A stretch of 63,607 nt of DNA, the filler included, from Choristocarpus tenellus KU-1152 (Eukaryota > Protista > Phaeophyceae): the NCBI GenBank assembly GCA_964200185.2. It is 12 parts of 12 records of this genome, joined end to end, with 100 filler letters (N's around TTAATTAATTAA, not from the genome) between each part and the next. Parts side by side here need not be neighbours in the genome. Positions count along the whole stretch, not along the records: positions 37,469 to 52,699 come from CAXNAD020001031.1; positions 52,800 to 57,470 come from CAXNAD020013527.1; positions 57,571 to 60,927 come from CAXNAD020020565.1; positions 61,028 to 63,607 come from CAXNAD020026582.1; 8 more parts are not named here. One strand, given 5' to 3'. Position 1 is the first letter of the stretch; each line of letters starts with the position of its first letter. Position numbers and translations under genes: made by a program. Below the pieces are notes generated by a model. That model ran no database searches and had not been told where the DNA came from. It worked only from the letters and a program-made list of their open reading frames with translations. Positions 50,501-62,119 of the stretch are shown here, one piece after another.

Positions 50501-52665
50501 GCAAGTATTTTTCATTTGCAGTCAAACTTCAAGTGTGTTTTTGCTCCATCCGTACATCCAAGTTCTAATAATATCAGTTCCCAATCCACTATGAATTGCG
50601 ATCCCTACTACTCTGTGTCAGGAGGAGTTTTCATAATACTTGGTGTGCTGACCGGTTCTCATTGTAGTTCTGGAGTTCATCGTGTTTTGAATTTTTTTAT
50701 TATAATGGTCGGATTAGGGTATAGGTTGAATTAAGTATACGATCTTCCGTGGTGTTTCCAATGTGGTGTAAGTGGAGATTATAAAACGGATTGTAAGTAG
50801 GGCTTGGGTAAGGATTGTATAGGGCTCGGGTGTGTGAGAGTGTTTGTTGTTATTTTTGAAAGAGCTCTCTTCAAAATAATTATTTTAGTTCAGGAGCTTC
50901 AAAAATTTATCCTGACTTGGGGAGAAATTTCCTTGAGACAACCCCTGAAGAAGTTTCAATGTGCACATAATGGCAACTAGTAAAAACACCGCTCAAGCAT
51001 ATGCTTGTAGTCAGGAGTGTGTTTTGCAGTGAAATGTGGACACTACGCTCACACCATGCACAAGAAATGTCTGTCGATCTCTCCGTCCCCCCAGTTTGTA
51101 TTCCTTTTGCTTCCATTGTTGTGCTGATCTTAGGTTAAAATGCCACTGGAGATTGTTATGACAAAGGGTGAGGTATTGGAGTAAAATGAGTCAAAGAACC
51201 GAGAGATATGCGGAGTTACACTTCAAATATGTCGGCAAATATGTCCAAAACTCGCATTTTTACAATGGTACATAGGATATTTTCCAAATTATGTCCAAGT
51301 GTTGAAAACAGTAGGGAAAAATTACCTCTCAAGTCAAAGTCAGCACTCCATCCATATAAAAATTATTGAATTTGCAAAATATTGAAAACTGGCCTATAAT
51401 GAAAAAACTTCCAAAACTGGGTACCACTTGTTTACATTGCCTCAGAATAAAGGGGGTGTTCGGAGGAGAAATTCAAAAATGGGTCCATAATGTTAGAATA
51501 GAATACAGGCTATTTGCTGTGGCGATGGAGGGAATGTAATATTTGCAGTCACAGCTTGTAATATAAGCTAGAGAGGGAAGCCCTCACTCACTCAAAAAAA
51601 ATAAAAAGGGAAGGACCACGAGTCAAGGATAGCTCTAGCAACGAGCTCCTTTGACTTCTTTTTTTCGATACCCTGAACAAAGCACAAATGGATGGGCCCC
51701 TTTCCTATGACACATTTTTTTGACTTACAGTTACACGATGGATGTTTACTGTTGGTCATGATACTTGCTTCGAAATACAATAGCCATCCACTCTTAACCA
51801 TTCTGATTGTGCGCCTGGAAGCAGAGACCCGCTTTGGCTGCCCATCTCCTGAGGCTAGCATTTGTAGCATGCTGTGGGATAATGATCTCTTCACATAACC
51901 CTACCCGTACCCTTCTTGTGCAGATAGACAATATACTAGGGACACAAAACAATGATCGAGATCCCAGTGTCCCTGCGAACCTTTACTACTTCAATTTGTT
52001 GTGTGGTCATTTTTATTTTACGATATGTTCCACACCGCTCAAGCTTACTCTTTTTTATATTTTGACATGACTCTCTCCTCAACTCTATGGCCTTTACCTT
52101 GTGAACTCTTATCCAAAGATCAGCACGAGGAGATGTTGTGACTGTTTTCTATATCTGTATAGAAAATTATGAGATCATGAAAGAGACTATTTACATCATT
52201 TTTTCGGGACACAATAAATGACTATATTGCGAGTGGTTTGTTTGTGTTCGTTTGTATAAGCTGTGCTCACATGGCAGAAAGCCAAGACATCTTTGATAGC
52301 TTTCCCACCAACACTAATAGTAGATAATGCCCAAGTTATTTTCCTTTTTTGGTGCTTCTTTGAAGAGATTATATACTGTTTAGTGTATTATTGCTGTGAT
52401 TCCACTGAAATTCACCAATACTGTAGTGACTCACTGCTGAAAATAGAACTGTTTGCACATCGTAGCATACCCAACCCTCACCCAATCCATATCTCCCTAA
52501 TCGATATCTCCCTAATCCACATATCTCCATTAGGTCCAGTCTCAGCTGGTGAACCCCACACGTGAGAGACTGAAGGGTCTGCTTCATGGCACGGTAGGAA
52601 TGGCTTCTTTCCTGTACCTTGTGATGGGCATGTCCGGATATATGTATGCCTACGGTCAAACCAAG
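38557..52665 (+). CDS. Amino-acid transporter, AAAP/SLC38 (Aa_trans) family, internal exons
   Basis: Phase-consistent exons 38557-38602, 40090-40207, 44509-44676, 46738-46851, 48543-48686, 52534-52665, encoding VVGGGVLSIPYTF...SYVQVGYAAFG...LIAYMVL...LHSLRYMS...AFPILSLAYLCHFN...LVNPTRERL...GY. Introns are 1.5-4.3 kb and full of TE debris. Confidence 0.92.
39023..39279. mobile_element. MITE subfamily C
   Basis: TIRs GAGTGAAAGTATCTTAGAGGGT / ACCCTCTAAGATACTTTGATTC, TAA duplication, colinear with 3829-4087. Confidence 0.93.
43380..44060 (-). mobile_element. Degenerate Ty1/copia integrase-RT junction remnant
   Basis: Frameshifted segments ELIECSLVHWYH, WQVA..HE..SILA...F and KTDGEG...RLV, resembling copia pol. 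Confidence 0.4.
48751..48921. mobile_element. MITE subfamily B
   Basis: TIRs GACTCAAAGTATCTGG / CCAGACACTTTGAGCC; flanks TCCA and TCAA. Confidence 0.88.
49422..49601. mobile_element. MITE subfamily B
   Basis: TIRs GGCTCAAAGTATCTGG / CCAGATACTTTGGGTC; TGGA on both sides. Confidence 0.9.
50070..50326. mobile_element. MITE subfamily C, inverted relative to the 3829 copy (partial C copies also at 6621-6660 and 61028-61265)
   Basis: GAGTCAAAGTATATGAGAGGGT...ACCCTCTAAGATACTTTACCC, with (T)ATT flanks. Confidence 0.88.
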
Positions 52666-52799
52666 GTGTGAGTGGGAGGCTCAAATTATCTGGGGGGAGN
52701 NNNNNNNNNNNNNNNNNNNNNNNNNNNNNNNNNNNNNNNNNNNTTAATTAATTAANNNNNNNNNNNNNNNNNNNNNNNNNNNNNNNNNNNNNNNNNNNN

Positions 52800-52891
52800 G
52801 AGCCGGAAGCTTGGGCTGTCTGTGCGATAGCACACAACAGTGCAATCACGATCACGTACCATTGCAATATCCGTGACATAGAAAAGGCCAT
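52800..52891 (-). CDS. N-terminus of a secreted or ER protein (signal peptide), cut by the contig end
   Basis: ATG at 52891 gives MAFSMSRILQWYVIVIALLCAIAQTAQASG: a basic residue, a hydrophobic core and an AQA cleavage motif. Confidence 0.55.
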
Positions 52892-55749
52892 GATGTCGAG
52901 GGTGTTGAGAGATATATGGGATAGTAGAAGAAGAGGGGTGTGGTATGGTGTGAGCGGGGGTTGTCTTGTGTGACAAATAGGTTGTAGGGTTGGGTTCTTT
53001 TTGTTTCGAACTCTTATTATTTCCGAATTTATGTCAATGTTCCACCAATTGTTTATCCAATGTGTACCCCTTTCAATCAGCAAGAGAACAAATATGAGTG
53101 TGTCGGGAAAGTCTAGGTTGGAAATTTCTTACGGGTGGTTGACTATATTTGTTTTTTTATGAAGTAATAGTGGGATATATATGAATCTATCAATAACATG
53201 TATATAGCAGTTGAGTCCTAAGATATTTTTTTCTGTTACAGATTATACAATATTTTCTCGTCCCATGGTTATCTGTGATTTGTTCATTTGTGATAGGTGT
53301 CCATCCTCGTTTTTCTCCCTTAAACTTTGGAGGATTTTTTTTGCGAGCAGTTTTCCCTCAACAGTAACTATTGCACAATTGTTATGATCGATATCAAGTT
53401 CTTGTCTTTCTTATTCATTTTACTGTTTCTCTTATCAAAGGACTTTTAAGGACTTTGAACTGTTCCCTACAATCATACTGTTTGTTTTTTTTCTGTGGTT
53501 GTTCTAGTGTTGTTGTATCAAAAAGTTTGATACTTCTCAGATCTCACTTTCTCCGATCAATCGAACCTAAGGATATTTTCAAAAAATTTTGTTTGTGTTT
53601 TGCGGAACTCAATTTCTATATTATTAATCAACAACCCTACTTCCTGTTTTACTATAATTTCACCACTAATTCAGAATTTCTCACATATTACTTTCTCAAA
53701 TTTAGGGGATGAATAGTTTTACAATAGTTGTTTGTGTTGTGGAGTGAGTGAGTATGCCCCACATTCTAAATTGATAGATCAAAATCCACAATGTATGATC
53801 ATGTCTTCATACTTGACAAGTGGGAATAGTAAAGTTAATAGTAAAGTTCAATATAATCCCTCCAGCTACATCTCAAAGCCAAGTAGTATTTAGTACGTTG
53901 CACATTGTACGGCGCTCAGAGTATGACGTACGCCAAAAACGTCAATGGGAATTGGGCAACAATTTTGAAACGAAATTGGAGACTTCCGCCTATTCAAACT
54001 AAATGTGTCAGCGACAATCACGCCAATGGAGTAATCTTAAGAGGTGATTTCCTTCCTCTGGTTCTAGTCAGAAATTGACAGGAGTCTGAAGTGGAGGGTG
54101 GTGGTTGGAGGTACCTAGTAGTTATTGGGTAGCATTCAGCAGTTAGTAACCAGATCTTAGGATATAGGGCCCAGGGCCCAGGACCCAGGACCTACCACCT
54201 AGCACCCAACCAGGGCCGTTCAGAATAAATCAAAGGATAAGTGGTTAGTGAGTCTGTGTGTAACATGCGATGGAGCCCTGTTGAGTGGTTGATGGATCCT
54301 ACGACCCAGAATAAAATGGTGGGTCACATTTTTTTCTTTAGGGGATGTAGCAAGAAGCTACACATAACCTCTATGTATGGTGTGTAAAACCTCTACACGT
54401 CCAATTATTGAGCTGTTTCAGAGGAGGGCTTAACCTCTCTTTGTTTCCTTAAAGGGAACATTATGGCGGGTGGAGAATGGACTCTTCTGGCGTCGAGTTC
54501 AGGTCAAGTCTCCAATCCTCAACACTGGAGGTGATTTATATCGCCCCATCACCCCCCGCTCCCAGACGAAAATTGCAACCCAAATACAAGGGGTGTTCCC
54601 AAAGTGTTTATCCTCTGGCAGGTCTCCTCGACAACTGAGGGGCCTCTGGTATGCTTGTGCTGAGGTTAGGGAGGTAAGGTACCTCTGCCATCCATCCCAC
54701 CAATGCTAACAATTTTATACTTTGTACGCCCTCACGCAATTGATCACAGTGCAATAATTGACTACGATGAGCACTCGTATTATGGTGCATTGTATATAGT
54801 GCATCTGATCATAGGTTGGTATAGTCCCACTCCAAAGTGAAGCAAAAAAATAGCAGAAAAAGTATCCACAACGATTTTGAGCAAGCTGTAAATGGTGGAT
54901 CGTACATGTAATTCAAAACAATCTCTTAGCAGTATCTAGTTACCCATATAGGTTAATGAGTCAAGAGTGAAAGAGCACTTTCCCCTGTCAATATCAAATT
55001 CACTGCCACTCATTCTAAAAGAATATTCTCAATTCTCAGTCGCTATCCTCAACTGTTGAGGATGGTATGATATCCACTCCACAACTCCAATACTCTGCCA
55101 ATAGATTCTTCCTCCTTTGCACTTGAAGGCCAAACCCGACAGAACATCACATACAAATAATTCTCACTACTCTCGCCTCCCGCCTTTCAATCGTTACCAT
55201 GCATGCTTCAAGCGGACTGGCCTCTACCCCAGGGACCTAACATATATTCGTTTAGAGTGATTTTTTCTTCTTTTCCCACGAACAAGCACTTCCAGATCCC
55301 ACTTCTGCGCGTACAATGTGAGATAGGTGTAATACTATGAAGCAATTCTGGGTTTTGCTGGGGAGGAGAAATTTGTTCTGAATGATTGTTTAATCTGTTG
55401 ATGTTTTGGCACGTGAAAAAGGACAAGAATAAGGATGAAGGATTGGTGGCCAATGAGAATGGAAAAGAAAAAGAGAATTGGTGGTCTAGTGTGTTTGGGG
55501 GGAAAGGTTCATTGTGGAATGTTCTGGAAGAGAGGGTGATAGAGGCAACCTGGAGGTAATTTGAGTAATCCTTCTGGAAGGAAGAGGGGAGGTGTTCTGC
55601 TGCAAAGTCAGGAGATGTTTGTTGAGGAGATGCAAGGGTGCGGAGGAAGCCCCATTGGCATCTTCGATTAAATTGACTGGTTAGGGCTGTAGACACAGCA
55701 TGGAGGGTTTTTCTAATATAGCTGAGTCGTTTGCATTATTTGGTCTTTG

Positions 55750-57290
55750 GGGCATATGTGGCCCTTGACAGGACCTATGCTCACTCCTTAAACAAGTAAC
55801 AGAGCTGTAAGTCTCAAAATGGGATGAGGTCCTTACAAGTCATCATAGATCAGTTACTGCGTTTGAACTGCTATAGGGCACATCGTAGGGTGGTAATTGG
55901 AGTGATCCATGGTTGCATGTGAAGAACTGCGCACAGCCCCACAAAATTCCGCATTCAAGAAGATATTGAAGATGAGACTGGCCATCTGCTCAAACGGGTG
56001 AGGGTGTCTGCCTTGCAGGAGTTTCTTGACGGCTAAACGAGAAAGATGGAATGCCTCATTCACTGTGGAGAAAAAGTTGGTTATGCCGACACTCGAAAGG
56101 CTTAATGTGTAGAGAACCATGCGGAGAGCCTCTCAAGTACATCCATCACAAGTCTGGACGACTACTCAGGAAGAAAGCATCCATCGTGGAATGGTGGGGG
56201 AGATACTTCACAGTGCATAATAAGACCAAGTCTGCTGATGTCAATCCTCAGAGTGCTGAAGCCCTTGATCAACGCCCCACATCTATGACCCTTGCTACTG
56301 CTCCAACAACGATGAAAGTGGTTTAAGAACTCTAGATAATAGGAGGTGGTAAGCCTATAGAGGTCCTGACAATCTTCCAGCTGAGGTCCTAAAGTGTTTC
56401 CCACAGGAAGACATCCCCCAGGGTTTTCCATAATATTATATGGGCTGTGTGAAACGTGCGAATCTTGCTACAAGTTTGAAAGGATGCGAAAATCGCTTTG
56501 CTCTTTATGAGCAGAAGGATCGCAAATATTGTTGCAACTACAGAGGCACCTCTCATTGGTGAAATATGCTGGCGAAGTCGTCCTTAAAGTTGATGCAAGT
56601 AGGTTGGGGGGTTTGTGGAACAGGAGAACACATTTCACGAGGAACAGTGTGGATAACAACCCTGACGCCCCATAATGGGTATGGCATACAATGTATGTGC
56701 CCTCCAAGAGATTGACCAGGAACACATTCTACTCCTCTTCATTTCTTTTATCGATGTACAGAAAGCAGATGACTCTGTTGATCATGATCTCCTGTGGACT
56801 GTGCCGGTCAAATTGGCATACCTCCAAAGACGATTTTCTTTCACTAGCCAATTTCTTGATAGTATGAGGACATCTGTTCGCCTGGAAGATGGTGAGTGCA
56901 TGGGGTGGTTTAAGGTTGGACAGAGCCTTCGATAGGGGTGTATTTCTTGCTCCGATCCTCTTGAGGAGCACTGAGTAGCAGGATAAGCGCTTACTTGAGC
57001 GGCTCGTGTGGGACAAGATTTATGCTGATAATGTAGGCATTTTCCAAAGACCCTACAAGGTTTGGCCAGGATGATGATATTGCTCGCAGATGTGGCTAGA
57101 TAATTCGGTCTGACTGTATTGGCATTGAAGATAAAGACTGCATGTCTTTGCCTTTCTAATCAAGACGCAGAAACCATGGAAATCCAGGCACTGGACTAGA
57201 CCTACAGCACACCGATCACCTTAGGGGAACCATCAGTGGTGTGACCATGCCATCACTGCTACTGAGATAAGTTGGAGGAGTAGAAAAGCT
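55750..57290 (+). mobile_element. RTE-clade LINE, decayed reverse transcriptase region
   Basis: Frameshifted motifs GRLLR...EWWGRYF, GPDNLPAEVLK, CNYRG, EEQCG, FIDVQKADDSVDHDLLW, VRLEDGECMGWFKVGQSLR*G, YADNVGI. Confidence 0.88.
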
Positions 57291-59137
57291 TGGGGCTCAA
57301 AGTATCTGGGGGGGGTGGCGGGTGTTCATTTGGGGCCCATTTTTTCCATGTCGCAATTTTTTGGGGTGATTTGGTTGCATACGTCAGATGGATAATGTGG
57401 ATCAAAGTATCTGAGGGGGGGTGTCGGCATCCGTTTCAAAAACCTTTTTTTGATTTTCATTTTTTTGGTGNNNNNNNNNNNNNNNNNNNNNNNNNNNNNN
57501 NNNNNNNNNNNNNNTTAATTAATTAANNNNNNNNNNNNNNNNNNNNNNNNNNNNNNNNNNNNNNNNNNNNTTGCGGTACATAATACAATGGGTTTTGCTT
57601 GCATGGCAGTTGTAGTCCTTTGTTTCCATTCAGGATTTTGAGCCTCCTTCAATACGGGTTGGTCCTTTATAAAATATATTATGTACAAACGATTTATAGA
57701 TGGAAGAGTATTCTTTCAACTGCCAACATATCCGATGCTAGTAGCATTTAGAAGTGTTAACTGCTAGTACTTGTGAACAGTGTGTCGTGTTGTCGTAGCA
57801 GTGGAGTCCCCCAAGACGCTGTACATCGATGTAATTTCTTTTATTTGTGTGATCTTTCATCATCTATCTCCCCGACATGCTCAGCGACTTGTACTCAAAA
57901 AGGCGACTGCATTAGCATGGCAGGGGGGAAAAGAAAGGTGGAGTAGCTTAAATCACCCGACCATGTGGTGGTGGAGGATATACATACATACGTTAAGGGC
58001 AAGTCAGCACGCAAGGCGTGCCGGCGAACGAGCAACTCTCACTGTTGTCTGTTATGTCGTGTATATTGTATGCATACTTTTTTTCATTACCAACAATGTC
58101 AAAAGTGAGGAGGCATGGTGTTGAAGGGATGGTAACTCACAAAAGTCATTGCAGGAAATATGAAAATAATGTACCTGGCTCTATTCTGCAAGAGATGTAA
58201 GATGCCAGCTATCAATAAAATTCTGGAATCCTACGCATTAAAAAAAACTCAATAATGCATGATAAATAGCTTTACGCAGTATTCACTGCTAGAAGATACG
58301 CATATTATGCTTGAAGTAGCAGGAAAATAACGCAAATTACTATTATACCATGCCATACAATCGTTCTCCTACTGCAAAAGCACCAAATAAACTCAGTGGC
58401 TAACCAACAAACACCACTCCTCAAAAAAAGCGGACATAAAACCACTCTAAAAAGAGGAGGATACGCATTCTTCAGCGCTAAGTCAATTAATCGATGCTCC
58501 TAAACTTGCCTGATATCACTCCTTTCCCTTCTCCAATGTGGAACATAAGCAAACAAGAATTTTACTCTTGGCTTTGGCATCTCTCAAGAACACACAGCCT
58601 GCTCTGACCAGAAATAGAAAGAAACTCATTCCCATGCCACAAAAGAAGCATGGACAACACAAACTACAACTGATCAGAGCCCAACCGAACTATGAGATCA
58701 TGATCAGAAAAAAATAGGCCTACAATGCTGGACATTGTTTCTCCTCTCACAAAGTGAAATGTGGTGGCTAACTTTCCAGCAATACAGGTCTGGAGGTGGA
58801 AAGAGTGCTGACCCCAATGCTCCTCACAAGCAATCAATAGATCATAAAAGGTATTCGACTTACATAAACACACTTAATACACCATGCATCTGGTAAGCAG
58901 CCCTTTTTAATCGTCCCCTGCCCACCCACCTCCCTACCAACAAACCCTCTCCCTCCAGACTATCTCCAACACCACTTGCATCAGCAGTTCTTGAACTCAC
59001 AAAAACAGTAACATTTGCCTGAAAATGCCAACACTCCTAAAGCTCCTTGAGAAATACCCTCCATAACAACCAAAGAAAGACTCTTTACCTGCCCCAATCC
59101 CTACTCGACAACATCATGGACCCTCTCCACCCCCCAA

Positions 59138-60878
59138 TCACAGGTCCTTCAAGCTGCGGCCCTTGCCAGAAAACAGCTTGGGCCTTTCACCAATAGGGGC
59201 TGGGCCATCACGCCCCCCTCCCATCCCTCCACGTTCGTAACCCCCATCCCGACGCTCGTAGCCACCTCCACCTCCATAGCCACCATCACGACCAACCCCA
59301 CGATGGTCATTGCCCCCACCTCCATCACGGTCATATCCGCCTCTGCCACCACCCCTACTTCCAGCCCCCATATCCTGATCTCCCCTATCCTGCCTGGTGA
59401 ACCCCACCATGCGACTGCCACCATATCGAGAACTACCACCCCCATCACGGCTCCCGTATCCACCATCCCTCTCACGGTCACCTCCATAGCCCCCACGACC
59501 AGAGTCACGACTACCAAAGCCCCCACCCCCACCCCCACCTCCACCCCCACCACTACTGAAGCTGCTGCTGCCACCGGGGCGTCGCCACCCACCCTCAAAG
59601 TCCCTTGTCCTGCCCGCATCACCCACCCCTCTATCCCCACTGCGGTCACTCAGGCGGGTGCCACTTCCTACCCCACCGAACCGATCATCTCCTCTGGGGG
59701 GTGGCCCGGCACGCTGCCACATCCCTTGGTCTGCCCTGCTTGCAAGGCCACGGCTCTGGTTGCCCTGAATTTCCGAATCCTCAGGGTCAAGGCCTCTGGA
59801 AGCTCGCTCCTGAGGTTGAGGTTGAGAGTGTTTGTGTGTGAACTAAATGAAACAAAGGCGAGCTGGAATTACTCCCCAACCTGATCTCTCTCTTTGCAGG
59901 TTTAATGTACATATTATAGACTGGATGAATTTACCAGGCCAAAAATAAATAAATATGGAATTCTCAAATAGTTACTATCTGCGCTCTGGCTAACATCTTA
60001 AAGTAGGCAGGGGTTCGGTTGATACTTACCAAACGAAAAAAATCACATTAATTATCTCAAGGACAAAAGAGCCAGACAAAACATGATAAATATTTCCCTT
60101 GGTTTCTCTCTTAAGCATGAAGTGTTCCAATCACCTTCTGCTATACCTTTCACAATGTAGGAGACTTCCCAACAAACAACTATTAATCTATACAATGCCC
60201 AAAAGAAACTTCTTCACAAAAAATAGCACAGATGGCAAGGGCCACTACTTCTTTTTTTTTAAAATTCCTACGCAGTTAAAGAACACTGCACCAAGAAATG
60301 TCCAATGTAACGCAAAACCCAACCATTCACTACTCACTACAATCAGCGTTCAACATTTTTTTCACAATCCACACATCAAACAAAAACGCTACAAAAAATA
60401 CTGTACAATTATAGAACACACAGTGCCCTGTCATCTCACCTCATTCCTTTCTGCCTGCTCTGCCTTGCGCCTTGCCATCGCCTCTTCCTCAGCAGCCTTT
60501 GCATCAGCCTCTGCCGCCTCCCTACAAACACAAAAACACACACCGGTACACCCATGTACAGGATGAGACAGTGACACTCACCAAATCCACAAGATCTTCC
60601 ATAAAATACAACACACATACTTAAGCATTTGCACACAACAGGATACAAAAATTCCTATAGCAATATTATCACTATTCATAAATCACACCCTCGAAGTATC
60701 CAAGTCCTAGAAAAGAGTACAACTCACACTAAGCATGTCTATCGCCATAAAAATGGAACATACACTCTTCATACCGGCGTGCTCGGTCTTCCTCCTCCCT
60801 CTGAAGCCTCTCATCCTCTTCCCGCTGCCTCTCTGCTTCTTCATCCGCCCTTCGCATGCGTTGAAGTGCCCTCTCAAT
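59138..60878 (-). CDS. 3' end of a gene with a charged coiled coil and an RGG/DR-rich tail; possibly eIF3 subunit a
   Basis: Phase-consistent exons 60878-60775 (IERALQRMRRADEEAERQREEDERL...), 60521-60440 and 59809-59138 (ADQGMWQR...DDRFGG...GGWRR...RDGG repeats, stop). The exon structure is well supported; eIF3a is inferred from composition only. Confidence 0.7.
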
Positions 60879-61775
60879 CTGTCAACCCCCCCCCCCACTA
60901 TCAGCCAACAAAATAAAAAATAAACAANNNNNNNNNNNNNNNNNNNNNNNNNNNNNNNNNNNNNNNNNNNNTTAATTAATTAANNNNNNNNNNNNNNNNN
61001 NNNNNNNNNNNNNNNNNNNNNNNNNNNTAGGGCCGCGTCCATCTGAGTGCCACAATCCAATGTTGCGATTTCGATGTAATTTTGGCTATCGTGTTTGTTA
61101 GGAAGTGTCAATATCCTTGTTCCGGACATACCTTTTCATAGCGTATACATTTTACCTACTCCGAAACATTTAGGAGTAGGAAAATGTCATTAAAAAAAAC
61201 ATGGGAAGTCAAGCCCCAAATGGACAAACAGGGCAAAATTCGTACCCTCTATGATACTTTCACTCATAACCATCTGCACGTTGTCTAAGAAAGTAAAAAA
61301 GACTTCCCAAAGTAATGGAGAGATGAAGTTGTATCGTAGCGATTGGTCTCACAGATAGTCAATACGTTGCAGCAAGTTTTGTTCGCCTATTATCACATTG
61401 TATCGATCATACTTCAACAGTTGTATGTAAGTCATATCCGTTTTGACTTGCCCTATGTTGGTTGTGCTTGGCGGTTTGCTGGTATTGAGGTGTCCAACGG
61501 TGTCTACTCTTCACGAACCTGTTCGTGGACCCCCCACTCTCATTATGGTGGCGTGGGAGTTTATCATTGAACGAGTGTACACATCGTCAATACTACTATG
61601 CTGGTACCAGTAGATTCGTCCTCTGGGGTTGTCCCGTCATAACACGTTTGATGTAGATATCGGATTAAAAAAAAAAAGCATATTCGTGATGCCCGTCACA
61701 AGGCCCTCTAGCTTAGGGGTTTGATGTTCTTTATCGCCATTTATTCCTATTTGTTTGGAAAAAGGAGCGCTCATA

Positions 61776-62100
61776 TTAGGGTTCGAACCCTGGATTGTAG
61801 GTCACCAAGAGTGGCAACAGATGCACTACTACTTGATTGAAGTGTACTTGTTTAAGCGAGAAAAACGCCTCCCCATCCTTTCTTCCTGTGTCTTCGCGCA
61901 CCCAATCTTTGACCTCGGCAAGGGTATCCTCGTCGAGGCCCAGAACGAAACGCCTCTCGTAGCGCCCTTGCTCCGACACCTTGATGTGGCCCTTAGTTAG
62001 GAAGTCTCTCATTTACTCACAGTTTCTGACCTGACAATCGCATATCCTGCTGCCATCTCGAGCACCGTTTGACAATTTTTCCCGTCATTCATACACTGTA
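61776..62100 (-). mobile_element. N-terminal HTH fragment of an IS630/Tc1-like transposase
   Basis: AAGYAIVRSETVSK*, then a frameshift to RDFLTKGHIKVSEQGRYERRFVLGLDEDTLAEVKDWVRE. This resembles the TVxxWxxxFxxxGxxxxSxxG...DED pattern. Confidence 0.5.
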
Positions 62101-62119
62101 CAGGATTCACAGTGTTAGA

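Noticed and set aside
52800-52891. Signal peptide as the missing 5' end of the HYOU1 gene
   Set aside because: Different contig and no Hsp70 motif is visible; the link cannot be supported.
59303-59884. 193-aa Thr/Pro-rich mucin-like ORF (+) and the Val-rich ORF 59149-59649 (-)
   Set aside because: Shadow frames of the Gly/Arg-rich exon, which has phase-consistent splice sites.
6984-60878. A functional gene cluster (helicase, chaperone, peroxidase, transporter)
   Set aside because: Each gene is on a separate contig; the adjacency is an artefact of concatenation.
61775-61797. tRNA gene (GGTTCGAACCC T-loop/B-box)
   Set aside because: No cloverleaf or A-box could be built; it is only a short palindrome at the end of a transposase fragment.
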